Under the pieces are notes generated by a model. That model had not been told where the DNA came from. It ran no database searches and saw only the letters and a program-made list of their open reading frames with translations. Both the position numbers and the translations under genes were made by a program. From Paragordius varius (lineage: Eukaryota; Animalia; Nematomorpha): a stretch of 64,000 bases of DNA. Positions within the stretch are counted from its first letter, which is position 1. Each line of letters opens with the position of its first letter. This document shows positions 51,171 through 64,000 of the stretch, in pieces. Location: positions 5,518,001 through 5,582,000 of the forward strand of contig OZ176056.1 in assembly GCA_964247055.1 (NCBI GenBank). The letters are read 5' to 3'.

Positions 51171-53265
51171 CATAAAATAGCTATGGAATATTTGCCATTA
51201 TAAGGTTAATGGCCCTCATAAAAAAATATATTTTATTTGGCCTGTCAAATTTTTTTAGTGAGTACCTCTGCTCTAAAATGACTACGAGTCGTTATAAACT
51301 TTATAAGATAGCCATAATTATATGTCCATCAGAGGATATTAAGGGTTTTGTGAATGAGTTTTGCCCCAGGAAATTTTATGAGAGCTTTAACGGGTCAATA
51401 TACCAACTTTGAAAATTATAACGGTTATTAATTCGGTGAAAAGGTTGTCCCAAAATAGACGTCTCCTAATTTTTTTACATAATGTTGTATCATGAGCAAG
51501 ATCTATGTATATGTTGCGCTAGTACCTCTAGCATTGTTTTTGCAGGTATTCTTGATAGAGTCTACCCAATTTATAAATTAAAACCTTAAATCATGCGTAT
51601 TAAATTCTATAAAAGAAAAAAACTGTGTTTACTTTGATAAACAAGTCAGGTATGAATATTTATTTAAAAAAATCATTATTGAAGTCTCTGTTCATAAACA
51701 TATATAATTACACTAGTCGACAAATTTGGACATTTTTAAGCACCACCACTCAAACTTTTTAAATTATGACTAATTTCAGTGTTTTAAAACCGAATTTGAA
51801 AAAAATTTTGATCCCGCCAATCAGAATTTTGAAATTTTATAGGTTTTTCAATTTTTCAAAAACAAGAGAAAATCGAGAGAAAATTAAATATAACTTTATA
51901 ATAAAATGTTATTATATTATAAATTTAATATCATTTAATAAAGCGTTTTAAACTCTATCTTTTGAATATAAATATGTCATTTAAATATCAGAGAGAAAAA
52001 AATAGTACGGACTTAAACGTCAAAATTTAGTCTTTTTTTTCAAGTGAATTTTTAACACATATAAAATTTTTTTAAAAAAATACTAAAAAAGGCATTCTAT
52101 GGTTTAAACCTTCGGCTTTCAGATAGGCTATATTTTTTTTTGTTAGATTTCGTTCTTTCGAGTACTTATTAGACTTTTTCTCTTGAGTTGGTTCTTATAA
52201 AAAATCCTTTATTTATACCTAGTGGATATACCTTATTTTTTTGAAATTATTGGTTGTTTTGTATTTTGAATTTCAGATAGATGTTGTGTAGCCACTTTTA
52301 GTAGAATTTACTGTTAAGGGGTTGGACCATTTGTATTTACCTAATTTATATTTAATTTAATTGTAGAATTTATCTAACTTTATTCTGTAAATTGGTTAAT
52401 TGGACATGTCAATTTGCCAGATTTTGCTTGCAAGTCTCTCTTATCGGACTTTACGATTACTTATTGTTATCTTTGCCATATCTGGCATAATTATAGGATC
52501 GCTTGGGGGATATGCAGAGCTTGTGCAGCCGCCCATATCTATCACACTATACATAAGCCCCTTTTAAATTTTTAATAATTTGGCTCTTAGCTTGTTTAGT
52601 ATCTTATTTAATGCCTAGAATTTGTTATCCATGCATGGAATATTACTTGTATCGACTTGCTTGTTTGAATTTTTAAACATATGTACACGAGGAATGATTG
52701 TTATTTTTGAATTAAATACAAATTTAAAAAGTAAATTTTGGAAAAATCCTATTGGTGGCCTCAATTTTCTTTTTTGTTTTGGCCTTTCCATGCCATTAGG
52801 TATTAGAAAATGCAAAAATAATGGGGTGGTGCAAAACCTTGTTGACTAGTGTTATCTATTCATATTAATTATATATATAAAATTAAAATAAATGAAATGT
52901 ATTGATATAAAATACAAACATTATTCGTGATAATTTTGATATTGACTTTTATAAGGTTCCAGGATCGGATGCCAATTATGGGACGGTTTCAAAGAATTGC
53001 ATATTTTCTACAAATATTAAAAAGTATTGATCATGTAATAAAAATTATATACCCCATATACAATAATAAAAATTTTTTTAACCTTTGACGTTTACATGTG
53101 CCAAAAATATAATTTTATGAAAAATCAAAAAATAAACCTAGTTATCTCATAAAATCTTTAATAATGTTAAAGACTTATTATCAGATTTTTTATTTTTTTT
53201 GATTATTATGTACTATAAATTGGCAGTAAAATTTAAAGTCTCTTTTTAGAGGTAAAAACCGTATA

Positions 53266-53297
<32 letters not shown>

Positions 53298-53837
53298 TAT
53301 CAAAAAGGTGTAATTCTAAAACTATGGCTTTATTTCTTTGCGGCATATTGGTATAAGAAAGGTTGTCTTTAAATAACTAAATATAATTTACATAAAAAAT
53401 ACAATTTAGATACGCAAAGATCCAACTTTTTATTAAAAAAGCATCTATAATTTTTATACATTTATAAAATAATGATTTTAACATATAACATTGATTATGT
53501 TATCGATCTGACACCCGTCATGATAAACTTTTATAATACATAGTGCCTATTTAATTAAATACTTATGCTGATCATACATTTTTCTGTTATTTAAATAAGT
53601 CTTAGAAGTCATTTAAAGAACCCCTTACCTTACCACAAACTTACAAGTTTAATGGTATTATGGGATCCGCAGAATGAGCCAAAAAATATTAATAAAAAAT
53701 CTTCTCTTCAAATGCTGAAATATGTTAATTTCAAAAAAAATTTCTATATTTTTGAAAAAAGGGTGTGAGGCAGTAATTTACCTATGCATCTAATCCACAT
53801 TCAGGGTCACTATAAGGGTTGGGTGATCCACTGATTA

Positions 53838-55118
53838 ATACCATTTCCCAGTAAAAATAAACGTTTTTTTCAGTCAATCAAAACATTTTCCCAGTCAATC
53901 AAAACGTTTTCCTAGTCAATCGAAACGCTTTCTCAGTTAATCAAAACGTTTTTTCAGTCAATCGAAACATTTTCAGTCAATAAAAACAATTTCCCAATCA
54001 ATAAAAACATCCAGTCAAAAACGGTTTTATTTTTGATAATAAATATCAAAACAAGAATATAAAAATTTTAACCATTATCAGCGTAATATTAGGATATTAT
54101 TTTATATAACACACTTATTGAATGACAATTTTTTCAAGTATATTCCAGTGCAAATCATTAATGGCTTATTCTTTAAATGTTATATTTTTGGAATTTGAGT
54201 TAAGATAATATTTTTTATTTTATCGATGGTTCGCATTAATATATGCGGTTATCTTAGAAAAATCTATAGTTACGGATGAAATAATAAATTTATAAAAATA
54301 TACCATTTTTATAAGGTCATTTAACACATAAACTTTACGCTAATTTTATAATATTTATCATTTGGTCAATCGGGGGCCCAACACGCCCTCTCGAGTTGTG
54401 CGGCCCGCAAAAAATTTGGAAATCCACATGCAAAATATGTCCACAAAATATTCATATTTCTTAGGCAATTTTTCTGAACGAGTATATTAAATTGGTAACG
54501 AATTAAAAAAATTGTTATATTGTGTTTGTATTTTACAGTCTTATGTCTAATCGAAAAATTAATTGAATGCCCGTATATGATTCAAATAAGGAACGCCGTG
54601 CTTAAAAATGCGGCCCGTGAAGCCATTTAGTTGGACACCCTTGTTTTAGTCAAATATCTTTTTTATTAAATGTAAAATCAAAAACAATTTTATTAAAAAA
54701 ATATTTTGTTTAGATATTTTTTCCGACAGTATTGTTATCGAACTTGAAATGTGTATTGAAGCGTTCCGCAAATATGCCAACCATCGATAAAATAAAAAAT
54801 ATTATCTTCAAAACATCTCAAATTCCAAAATTATAACTTTTAAAGAATAAGTCATTAATGATTCGGTATGGAATATAATTGATAAAAATGTCATTCAAAT
54901 TGTGTTTTTATAAAAAATGATATCCTAATATTACGCTGATAATGGTTAAAAGTTATTTTATTGTTCTGATATTTATCATAAAAAAACAACCGTTTTTATT
55001 GACTGGGAAAACGTTATTAATTGGAAAAACGTTTCGATTGACTGGGAAAACGTTTCGATTGTTTGGGAAAATGTTTCAAATGACTGGGAAAACGTTTATT
55101 TTGACTGGGAAATGGTAT
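53838..55118. mobile_element. Foldback-like element with ~430-bp inverted arms and a different 21-bp array; hAT-type MITE remnant in the centre
   Basis: 53838-~54270 is inverted at ~54705-55118. Unit CCAGTCAATCAAAACGTTTTC occurs about 9 times on the left and 6 on the right. The centre ends GCCATTTAGTTGGACACCCTTG. Confidence 0.8.
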
Positions 55119-55207
55119 AAAATCACGGTGTTAGAAAATCTGGGTTACTTTACAAAGCACTATTATTTAGTTGTCTTGAAATGATATATAAAAGAGTAAT
55201 ATATTAC

Positions 55208-55384
55208 TTTGAGATACGAATCTCCCATTTTCCCGCTAAACCAAATGTGATAAATTGCATATGCAGGGATTGGGATAAGACTGAGACAAGATATGAGCCA
55301 ACCAACGCTAGTTGCCCATTCGGGATACGTATAATCTCCATATTGCACAGGTGCATGGAATATTATGTTAAACAAGAGAGCAAT
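55208..55384 (-). CDS. SLC6 copy A, TM12 exon
   Basis: [59 protein letters not shown], 177 bp. Confidence 0.93.
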
Positions 55385-58300
55385 CTATATCATTAGTAAA
55401 TTAACTTTGAATGGCATTAAAAGAAATATTGTTGTTATGAATGAAGGCTATAATTTATTTTTGTTGATTTATGATGATATGGTATGAAACATTTATTTTT
55501 CAATTGGTAGTTATTGCTGTAGGAAGACAATTACACACAATTAATATATTTTGAAAGCTTCATTTTTGAAATTAAACTTTATTACCAAGAAGCCAAAACC
55601 CATAATAATTTTGGGATAAAAAAGGGTTCCTTAACCCATATAAAAATTACAATCGCGTAAAATATGGAAAGGATTATAATTTGTTTCATAAAATTTAATA
55701 GTTTTATAGATTCAGGCATAAAAATTTATAATTTTGCTATATAAATTATACTTCTCACGCCATTACAAAAAAATGGCAACAAAAACTATCAAAATTACTT
55801 ACAATTAACAAAATGGGTATAACATATTTCCAAAGGAAAATCCAAAGTCTTGCAAAAACAACTTTACGATTCATCATAAACTCTACGTCTTCAATGAATT
55901 TGTGAGCTCCTAATAATGTATTTTATGGATTTAAATAATTTAAATATATAAATTTCATTTGATTCACAATAAATAAAGAAATTATAAAAATATTTATATT
56001 TACCATAAATCCAAGAAATGGAAATCGTTTCAAACAAACAAAAAATCATGACAGAAAGAATGGCCATATACCAATCAAACAATTGAAAAAGTAATATGCC
56101 ACCCTAATATAAAAATCAGATATATAATATATCTAACCAACATTTAATCAAAAAGTATATTTTTTACCCTTAAAAGGTATGGTAATCCCAATAAAAACAT
56201 TATGATTGAGGCGAAAAAACTGAAGAGATATCTATGATGCCGATAACGTCTGGGTAGTGCTTCATACATTGCAGTATAAACAACTTCAAGTTGTACAAAC
56301 TATAAAAAATATAAAAATAAAATAACTTTTAATGCTTTTTTAAAAAATGGTATAATAGGTTTTAAAATAAAATAAGTATTAATTGGTAAAATTAACAGAA
56401 ATCAATAGTTTTATTTGGAGTTTTAAAAAAACAGTATGCAAGTGGTTTTAATAACCGACATACACGTGATAAAAAAAACTGCCTCATATTTGACAATTAT
56501 TTAATATATCTTATAATGATATATAAAAACAGCTTTTATACATCCCAAACCATACTTTAGTTTAATCAAAAATTTATGGTAAGATACATTTAAAAATTCT
56601 GTGTGAATACAGATAAAAAATAAATATGCATTAACTAACTATAGTATCAATTCCGACAGCCAGTAACATAGAGAAAAATAGGATAGCCCAAAAATTTGAC
56701 CATGGCATGTGTAAAAGCGCTTCCGGATACACGATAAAAGCTAAACCGACCCCTGTAACATTGATAAAACAAATAATATATCTTTTTATATCCATAACAA
56801 AAGAAACCGAAACATCTTATGGATAAGATTAGACATCATTTTTTTAATTTGAAGGATCATAAAAACAATCACAAGTATAATATAAAATAAAAAATGGTAA
56901 AAACGAGTTATCTATAGAAAAGGCTGTATTATATTAAAACAATGATATAATATAAAACAGACATTCTAAATAAGTTAAAAGACTAAGGTTAAAAACAAAT
57001 CAAATCAAAAATTTGGTTAAAGAATAAGAAAATTGATATCTTTTCAAACCGTGTGTAGCGACTTTTTCGATAGGGAGCGACAAGATGTGTGACATAAATC
57101 CAACAAGCGAAAAAACGACTAACCCCGCATATACGGATGTAAAACAGCTTACGACTGAGACTGTAACACTATCTCTATAAAAATATGTAATGTTTTAAAA
57201 TTTTTGTTTAAAAATACTTTTTCTAACAATATTGGAAGTAAAGGCGTAAGAAAATAAATGTTTTATAAAAAAAACTTAAGATATTTTACCAATAAAGGGC
57301 AAATTAAAATAATAAATATAACCTAAAATAACAAATATTATTAAGAATATAGCGGTATGTTGAGTATATTATTGTTTATATTTATCCATCTATTATAATT
57401 ACCATATAATTTTAATAAACAGAAATGTTATATATTTAACATAAAATGGCATTGATAATTTCTTAAAAAATATGGTAACCTTAAACAATTATCACGAAAT
57501 TTATTGTAACTAGCCATAGTTATGAGACCACCCCAACCAGGTCCGAGGGAGTAAAAGATTTGGGTTGCGGCTTCATTCCAAATCTATATTTTAAATTTCT
57601 TTCAATATAATTAAATTCGGAATATAAATTTTTATATTTTATCTTTTATTTTAAAGTAAATAATCGTTAGAAAATATTAAGGACAATATATAAAATTATT
57701 TCTCATATTTTTCAAACCTTAACGTGTTTGAGTTTGCTCCAATCAGGTTTGAGAAAAAATAAAATACCCTCCCAGGCTCCAGGTAAAAAGACAGTACGGA
57801 TCAATAAAGCTGTTAATATTATGTAGGGTAGAGTGGCTGTCACATAAACAATCTATCATTTTTTGTAGTAGCAACGGAAAAAAAGGATTTTTTTACATTA
57901 TCATTCATTAATTCTCAAAAAAGTTAAAGAATACAGTAAAAACTGAAATTATACGGACAAAACGACAAAAAATATTTTTTTAAATTTCAATATAACTCAT
58001 TGTTTTAAATGGCAAAGTGTGAAATAAAGATATATAAGACTAACTCAATAAATTCTGTATTTTACGATTGTAAGTAGCTATTATAATAAACATTTGGGTT
58101 TTAGAAAGTATGGTTGTTTTTTAAATTAAAATATTTGTCTTTATATTTGACGTTTTGTCCGTATAATTTAAATTTTACTGTAAAACTGATTAAACTTTTT
58201 AACCCTAAAACATTTAAATTCATAGGCAATTTTTTTTGAACCATTTAACATATCAAACATACAGTAAATAAATTACATATCCATAAATTAATTAATTTGA

Positions 58301-61300
58301 ATAAAATATTTTATTTGTTTTTGGCATATCGTACTAATTATTTCATTACCCAGAATCGTAAATCTTTTAAAGTATGTAAAAATATAGGATTTCTTAGGAT
58401 TTAACGGTTTTAATCCTCTTTTTATATATCATTTATAGAAGGTAAGTCTAAAATGTTAAAGGTAAATTTATTTTCAGGTATGTACCAGCCAAATTTTCAT
58501 TTGTTTTATATGAGAAAAAAAAGTTAGGTGTGGTATAGTAACTACCTCTAATATTCATAATTCAATTAAAGATATACTTTTCCAGTAGTTTTTATGCCAC
58601 GCATCAAACAAAAGTACGTTAGGATCCAGGCTAATACAAAACAGCCCAGTAATCGCACGTTGAAAGAACCCATTTCATGGAGCCCTGATGTAATTTGAAT
58701 TACGCGATGGCTATAAAATGTAATGGATCGAAAAAATTAAACAAATATATATATAATCTAAAGTTGTTACAATTTTATGCATGACATTATTAAATTCGTT
58801 TAAGTAAAAAAGGTTTTCACTCAAATGTTATTTAACGATAGCAAAACGAACAATTATTACTAGTAAATAAGAGACCAAAGGTGTCAACTAAATGGTATAT
58901 AATTAATAATAATTTATAGAAAAAATTAATATAAAAATATTTATAATACCTAATAAATAAACCTATATTCATTTTTACTATAATTGTTAAAATATTCTAT
59001 CTCAAAAACATCCCTTTTAATAAATAAAAACGCTCAAAAAAATTAAAATATCAAAAAGCATTCAAAAAATATTTTCGTGGTTTGAATAAGCGCAAAAGTA
59101 TTCATGAAAAACAAATTTTTGTTATACAGTTAACCATATTTTTTAACATAATTATGGTTCTAATTGGTTAATGCAGGTATACAAGTGTGTATGTAACTAG
59201 TAGATATTTTGGTTTTCATTATATACAAGAAAACGAGAGGTATAGATTTTGTTTCCGTTATTAACAAAAAAAGTACCATATAAAGTATAAAAATTAAAAC
59301 AAAAAAGTACCAGCTAATTATTTTATAGAATTTTCTTTCTCTCTAAGGTACTTATTTGTAAAGCCAAGGTTAGTAAAAGCCCAAATATATGTTATACTAA
59401 AACAGGGGTGCTTAACATGTGGTCCTCCGATACTTTATGTGTGCAGCCCGTGAAAAATTTGGAAATCCATAATTTCAAAAATATGCTTGAAAAATCTTGA
59501 TAACATTGATATATATATATATATATATATATATTAAACAATTTTCATGATAAAGTCTACCTTTGGTAAAAACTAGTAAAAACCGTTGTATCTATATATC
59601 AAATGCGGCCATCCAGATTTTTTAAGTTAAAAATGCTGCCCGCGATGCCATTTATGGACATCCCTGTACAAAAGGTAAAAATATAATAAGTACGTGTGTT
59701 GCATTATTAATTTAATAACTTATACAACACATTACCAAAAGTAGTCAAAAAAGGCTATAATTAAACAATTTTCATATTTACAACATGATATTTTTATGTA
59801 ATTTTAAATAAAAATTGTTTTGTATCATACGCTAATGTATTACCAATTGATGAAAATATGAATACTGTAAACTAAAAAACACCACAAAACTTTATTATAT
59901 ATGTATATATATAAATAGCATATCCCTACAGAAAAATTTATTACCATTATAATATATTTTTGTGTTTTAAGCCATTTCTACTAAGCAAACTACTAATAAT
60001 ATAATTTTAAAACGTATATGAGTGCGGCATTAAAGCAAATACAAATTATGTTTAGAAAGCATATAATTTATAATTGTTAAAATTTTTACTAATATCGGAA
60101 AAATTAAATTTATTAATGCAATTATAATTCAGCTAAAATCAAATGAAATTATTAGGGTGAATTTTCGATTACTACAAGTAATCTTTCAAACGTAAAAAAT
60201 AACTTAATTTTAATGTTTTGTGCTATGAGGCACAAAATGTCATGTAAAATTGAAAAATGCTATATTTAAAAAATATTATAGAACACATTAATTTTCGATT
60301 TCTGGAGGAGAAAAAACAAAAAAATATGCATATTTATAAGATTAGTTTATTAAAAGATTCCATAACACATATTTTTATGGATAATATATTAACATATTGT
60401 ACAAGATTCATTTAAAATTCCTTTAAGGTTGAATATGGGCAACAAACTAAAGCTAATGTTTTGGTAAAAAAATAAAATTATTTTTATCTTAACACTTGGA
60501 TTCAAATTGGGGTATCTAAATACCCCAGACTAAATTTAAGGTAGGATTATTCAAAAACTGCTGAAAGAAATGGTCCCAATTTAAATTTAGGCTTCTATCC
60601 TAATAAAAATTATATAAATATGACAAAATATATAATTAAAATTTTGTTTTGAAAAAAAAGTCCCAGGTCAAACTACTTCGACGCCATTTTTATTTTACGT
60701 AATTTTTGCAAAATATCGTCTTTTGTAAGGGTGAAATTAAAGATTTTTTATTTGAATCACATCTAACATTGATAGAAATAGAAAAGGGGTTTATTTTGTA
60801 TTTTTTTCATTTTTACCATTGCACACATGTCGCGTTGACTAAATTTTACCTTTCGGTTTTAGCTTAAAATAAGTAATATCAAGTATTTTTGAATAAATTT
60901 TTTTATATATTTCGGTTTATTAATGTTATATAGGTGCAATTTTTTGCATGGTTTCGATCCGTATTTTTAAAGAATTCAATTTTAAGCAGGCCTGATGTAT
61001 CCAACTACCCCCAATTTGAATCGAAGGACTGAAATGAATGTATTTTATCCAAGTGTTAATCTTTCATACTTTAGTATTATCCTAAAACTGTGTATAATAA
61101 TTGAAATAGTAATTAATACTAACACGAAAAAAAGGATTTTAGCCTGCGGCAAATTTAAAACAAAAAGCCAAATGAATCTAATATACCTGTCAAAATCAAT
61201 TTTGATAACAAATTAACTCTCTTAAAATAGGTAATAACATTGATGCTGCATACCTACCACCTGACTTATTATAACTTTAATAAAAAAAAACGCAACAGAC

Positions 61301-62594
61301 TGAAAAACAACCATTTTTGATATAAATTATCGTTTTGGGATTGGTATATGAATATAGATGTAAATTGGAAATACACACACAACACACAAACACCAGATAT
61401 ATATTTTACAATTGCAATTACCCGCAAAATATTTTATATAGAGAATTTCAAAGTTTCTGCTTTCTGGCTCGATTTAAAAAAATCATTTGCACCTTTAGTT
61501 TTTTTTACATATTTTTGTCATTCAAAACCTTCAACTTTTATCGCCATACCTCCAAAATTCGTATGCTGATGAGGTAGATATTTCATCAAATTTGTACGTT
61601 AAATTGTGTTGTAATACTGTTGTTTCATTGTAAGAATTTAGGAAAAAGTTAGTTAAATTTGAAGTATAGCCAGAAATATAATTATCATTATTAATATAAT
61701 TGGACGATAATAACGTATTTAATGTGGATGATTTTATCATGGACATAGTACTTATATTGTCATATATTGTGGACGAATCTATATATATATATATATAGAG
61801 AGAGAGAAATGTAATTAAACCTATTTTTAAGTATTATAATATACCATCATTGAAAAATATATAAACAAATCATTTTTAAGATACAGTCATTATTATCAGT
61901 TTGTTAAGTCAAGCATAAAAGTGTATTTTTTTATCGTAGTGAACATGGAAAATACTTTTTATTGAGTCGAACAAAGATTTTTTTCCAAAAAATCAAAACA
62001 TTTTCCCAGTTAATTATTCCAAATTAAAAACTAAAATGGAAGAAATATTTTTTTAACAATTATTATAAAAAAAAGTTTCGATTGATTTCAAAAAGCACCA
62101 TATTTTTACAGGTGAACACAAATGACTAGGTGGGCCGCATTTATATATATAAATATTTTATTGGATCATGAACATAAGACTGTTAAATGCAGAAACACAA
62201 TATAACAATTTTTCTAATTTACATTTAAAACAATATGATAATATAAACTTATTCAGAAAATTTGTTTAGCAAATACATCAATTTTACTATGATTTTTTAG
62301 GGATATTTTTGCCGAAAAAATAATTACCAAATATAATGAAATAAAAAAACCTAATAGACTCACCATTATGGGACTTAATTTGACGGGGAGAAGCAAATAA
62401 ATTAGTGGAGATGAACGAATTATTTAATTTGGCTTTAAAGACAAAACATTCCAACGTATTCCATTCATTGTTACATTGGCCCCAAGGCAAGGGTCTTTCA
62501 AAAGCGGCAATCAAATAAAACAGTATTATAGCAAGGAGCAAATTAAATGATGTACTCCCAATCATAGTTAACAACACTGTCCCGATTCCAACGC
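55208..62594 (-). CDS. SLC6 Na+/Cl- dependent transporter (glycine/amino-acid transporter-like), copy A, exons TM3-TM12, partial
   Basis: Eleven GT-AG exons join in frame with no stops. The TM1-2 exons and terminal exon were not found in the window. Confidence 0.93.
55803..55909 (-). CDS. SLC6 copy A, TM11 exon
   Basis: [35 protein letters not shown]|GTAAGT, 107 bp. Confidence 0.93.
56004..56103 (-). CDS. SLC6 copy A, TM10 exon
   Basis: [33 protein letters not shown], 100 bp. Confidence 0.94.
56168..56299 (-). CDS. SLC6 copy A, TM9 exon
   Basis: [44 protein letters not shown], 132 bp. Confidence 0.93.
56640..56752 (-). CDS. SLC6 copy A, TM8 exon
   Basis: [38 protein letters not shown], 113 bp. 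Confidence 0.95.
57050..57174 (-). CDS. SLC6 copy A, TM7 exon
   Basis: [41 protein letters not shown], 125 bp. Confidence 0.94.
57480..57583 (-). CDS. SLC6 copy A, TM6 exon
   Basis: [34 protein letters not shown], 104 bp. Confidence 0.95.
57718..57852 (-). CDS. SLC6 copy A, TM5 exon
   Basis: [45 protein letters not shown], 135 bp. Confidence 0.95.
57934..58180. mobile_element. TA-flanked MITE (CAGTAAAAACTG family)
   Basis: TIRs match the 26174-26449 element. Confidence 0.8.
58578..58710 (-). CDS. SLC6 copy A, TM4 exon
   Basis: [44 protein letters not shown], 133 bp. Confidence 0.95.
59403..59666. mobile_element. hAT-type MITE
   Basis: CAGGGGTGCTTAACAT ... ATGGACATCCCTG ends. The 8-bp flanks TACTAAAA/TACAAAAG match at 6 of 8 positions (decayed TSD). 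Confidence 0.7.
61550..61778 (-). CDS. SLC6 copy A, EL2 exon
   Basis: [16 protein letters not shown]...[12 protein letters not shown]|GTATG, 229 bp, phases fit both neighbours. Confidence 0.88.
62364..62594 (-). CDS. SLC6 copy A, TM3/EL2 exon
   Basis: [50 protein letters not shown]...SHN|GTGAGT, 231 bp. Confidence 0.93.
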
Positions 62595-62621
62595 CTTAAA
62601 GGTAAAATAAAAATATGTACA

Positions 62622-62656
<35 letters not shown>

Positions 62657-62723
62657 ATTTAATCTTTCATGACTATATAATAACCTTTGTTACAGTTTTC
62701 GGGTGTAGCGTGCTTTTATTTTA

Positions 62724-63276
62724 CAGTAAAAATTGAAATACGAAACGTAATAATATAAAGACAAATATTTTTTTAAAAAAACCCAACGCCTTAAGTTAGC
62801 AAAGTATGATAAGTGTTGTATATTTAAAACACAACAATTATATATTTTACGATTGTAATCAAAGCTATATAGGAAAGTTTCAAGAAGCTGTTGTAGATCG
62901 TTTTGTGTATCAGCGAGTAAGACGGTATCGTCAACGTATTTAAGGTTATAAATTATTTCTTCGCCTAGTTTTACACCGATATGATTATGAGTGTGTCTAA
63001 CTTGGACCTGATATGTTCGGTGTAGATATTAAATAATAGGGGTAAACCGAACCAATCAGAGGTACCGTGTGCTGTTTAAATATATACCTCAGTGTTGCTG
63101 TATAAAGATTTTATTATTTGAATGAGAACAGGTGCAACAGCTCCTAAAAAAATAAAAATATCATCTTGAGAGTCAATCTCATCATGGCCTCTAAATTATA
63201 TTGGTAGAAACCAAAGTCATATCGAATGAGGCCACATGCTTAATCAAAATGGGCATAGTTTAGAAACATTAAACAA

Positions 63277-63312
<36 letters not shown>

Positions 63313-63951
63313 TAAAATTACAAAAACTGAAAGTTAAAGAAGACTTGTTAAAGCCAGGGATAAAAATGAAATAATATCGCAAGATATAGTCTTCACGAAA
63401 AATAATTAAAACAAGCAAAAAAATTTAAATACCATAATATTCCCATTCACAACCTATGGCTGGGAAAGCTGGGTATGAAAAAATTCTGACTAAAAAAATT
63501 ATGCAAACTTTTGAGCAAAGTTGCTGAAGAATGCTACTTGGTAAAAAAAGTGGACGGACAAAATTTATTAATAAATGAATCCGCAATACAATCAACCCTA
63601 GGACTAAACTACTTCAAATAATAACAACATGGAAATTAGGCTACTTAAGCCATGCCATCCGCAATAACAAATTGGAGAAAACAATCATGCTGGGCCAGGT
63701 AGAAGGTAAACGTAAAAGGAGCAGACTCAGAAAAAGATGTTCAAAACATTTAACAAAAGACACCGACCTCACACTTCTCCAATTTTATTAATTAATCCTT
63801 AGACACGGAAAATTTGTCGATGAAGTTTAGCAAAAAGTGAGTATTAACTACGGTGTCAATCATTCATATAGGATAAAATTAAGGTTTACAAAAGTATAGC
63901 TGTCTTTTGAAAAAAAATATTTGTCTTTATATTATTACGTTATTTTTACTG
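62724..63951. mobile_element. CAGTAAAA-family MITE expanded by inserted RTE fragments
   Basis: TIR halves at 62724-62790 and 63885-63951. RT remnant NIYTEHI..LKYVDDTVLL on the minus strand (~62880-63080) and an RTE 3' remnant GQVEGKRKR on the plus strand (~63455-63790). Confidence 0.7.
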
Positions 63952-64000
63952 TAACTATTATCAATTTTAAACTAATTCAAGCACTTTTTGGCTTTTTAAA

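Noticed and set aside
53760-53850. Terminal exon of SLC6 copy A
   Set aside because: The candidate acceptor gives WITQPL* only, with no SLC6 C-terminal similarity and no counterpart in copy B.
53848-54020. CRISPR-like array
   Set aside because: Units are head-to-tail without unique spacers, there are no cas genes, and the context is eukaryotic.

Overview
AT-rich eukaryotic (animal-like) genomic DNA with no prokaryotic features. It holds two tandem paralogs of an SLC6 (Na+/Cl- neurotransmitter/amino-acid symporter family) gene, both on the minus strand. Copy A (55208-62594) has 11 in-frame exons covering TM3-TM12. Its first exons and terminal exon were not located. Copy B (2865-45151) has the same exon architecture but carries four frameshifts, a nonsense codon, a broken TM1 exon and a GC donor, so it is a pseudogene. 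B's introns are filled with transposons. These include a full-length RTE LINE with a perfect 16-bp TSD and two Gypsy LTR elements. One Gypsy element contains a large inverted duplication flanking a WNK-kinase-like fragment. There are also several RTE remnants, non-autonomous Helitrons with internal ~300-bp modules, Buster/SPIN-type hAT remnants, a mariner remnant, MITEs and foldback-like elements with 21-bp arrays. The most unusual signal is that the two Gypsy elements' LTRs group 5'-with-5' and 3'-with-3', which reverse transcription should not produce. All calls were made by eye. Exon and TSD coordinates were counted, while TE boundaries are approximate.
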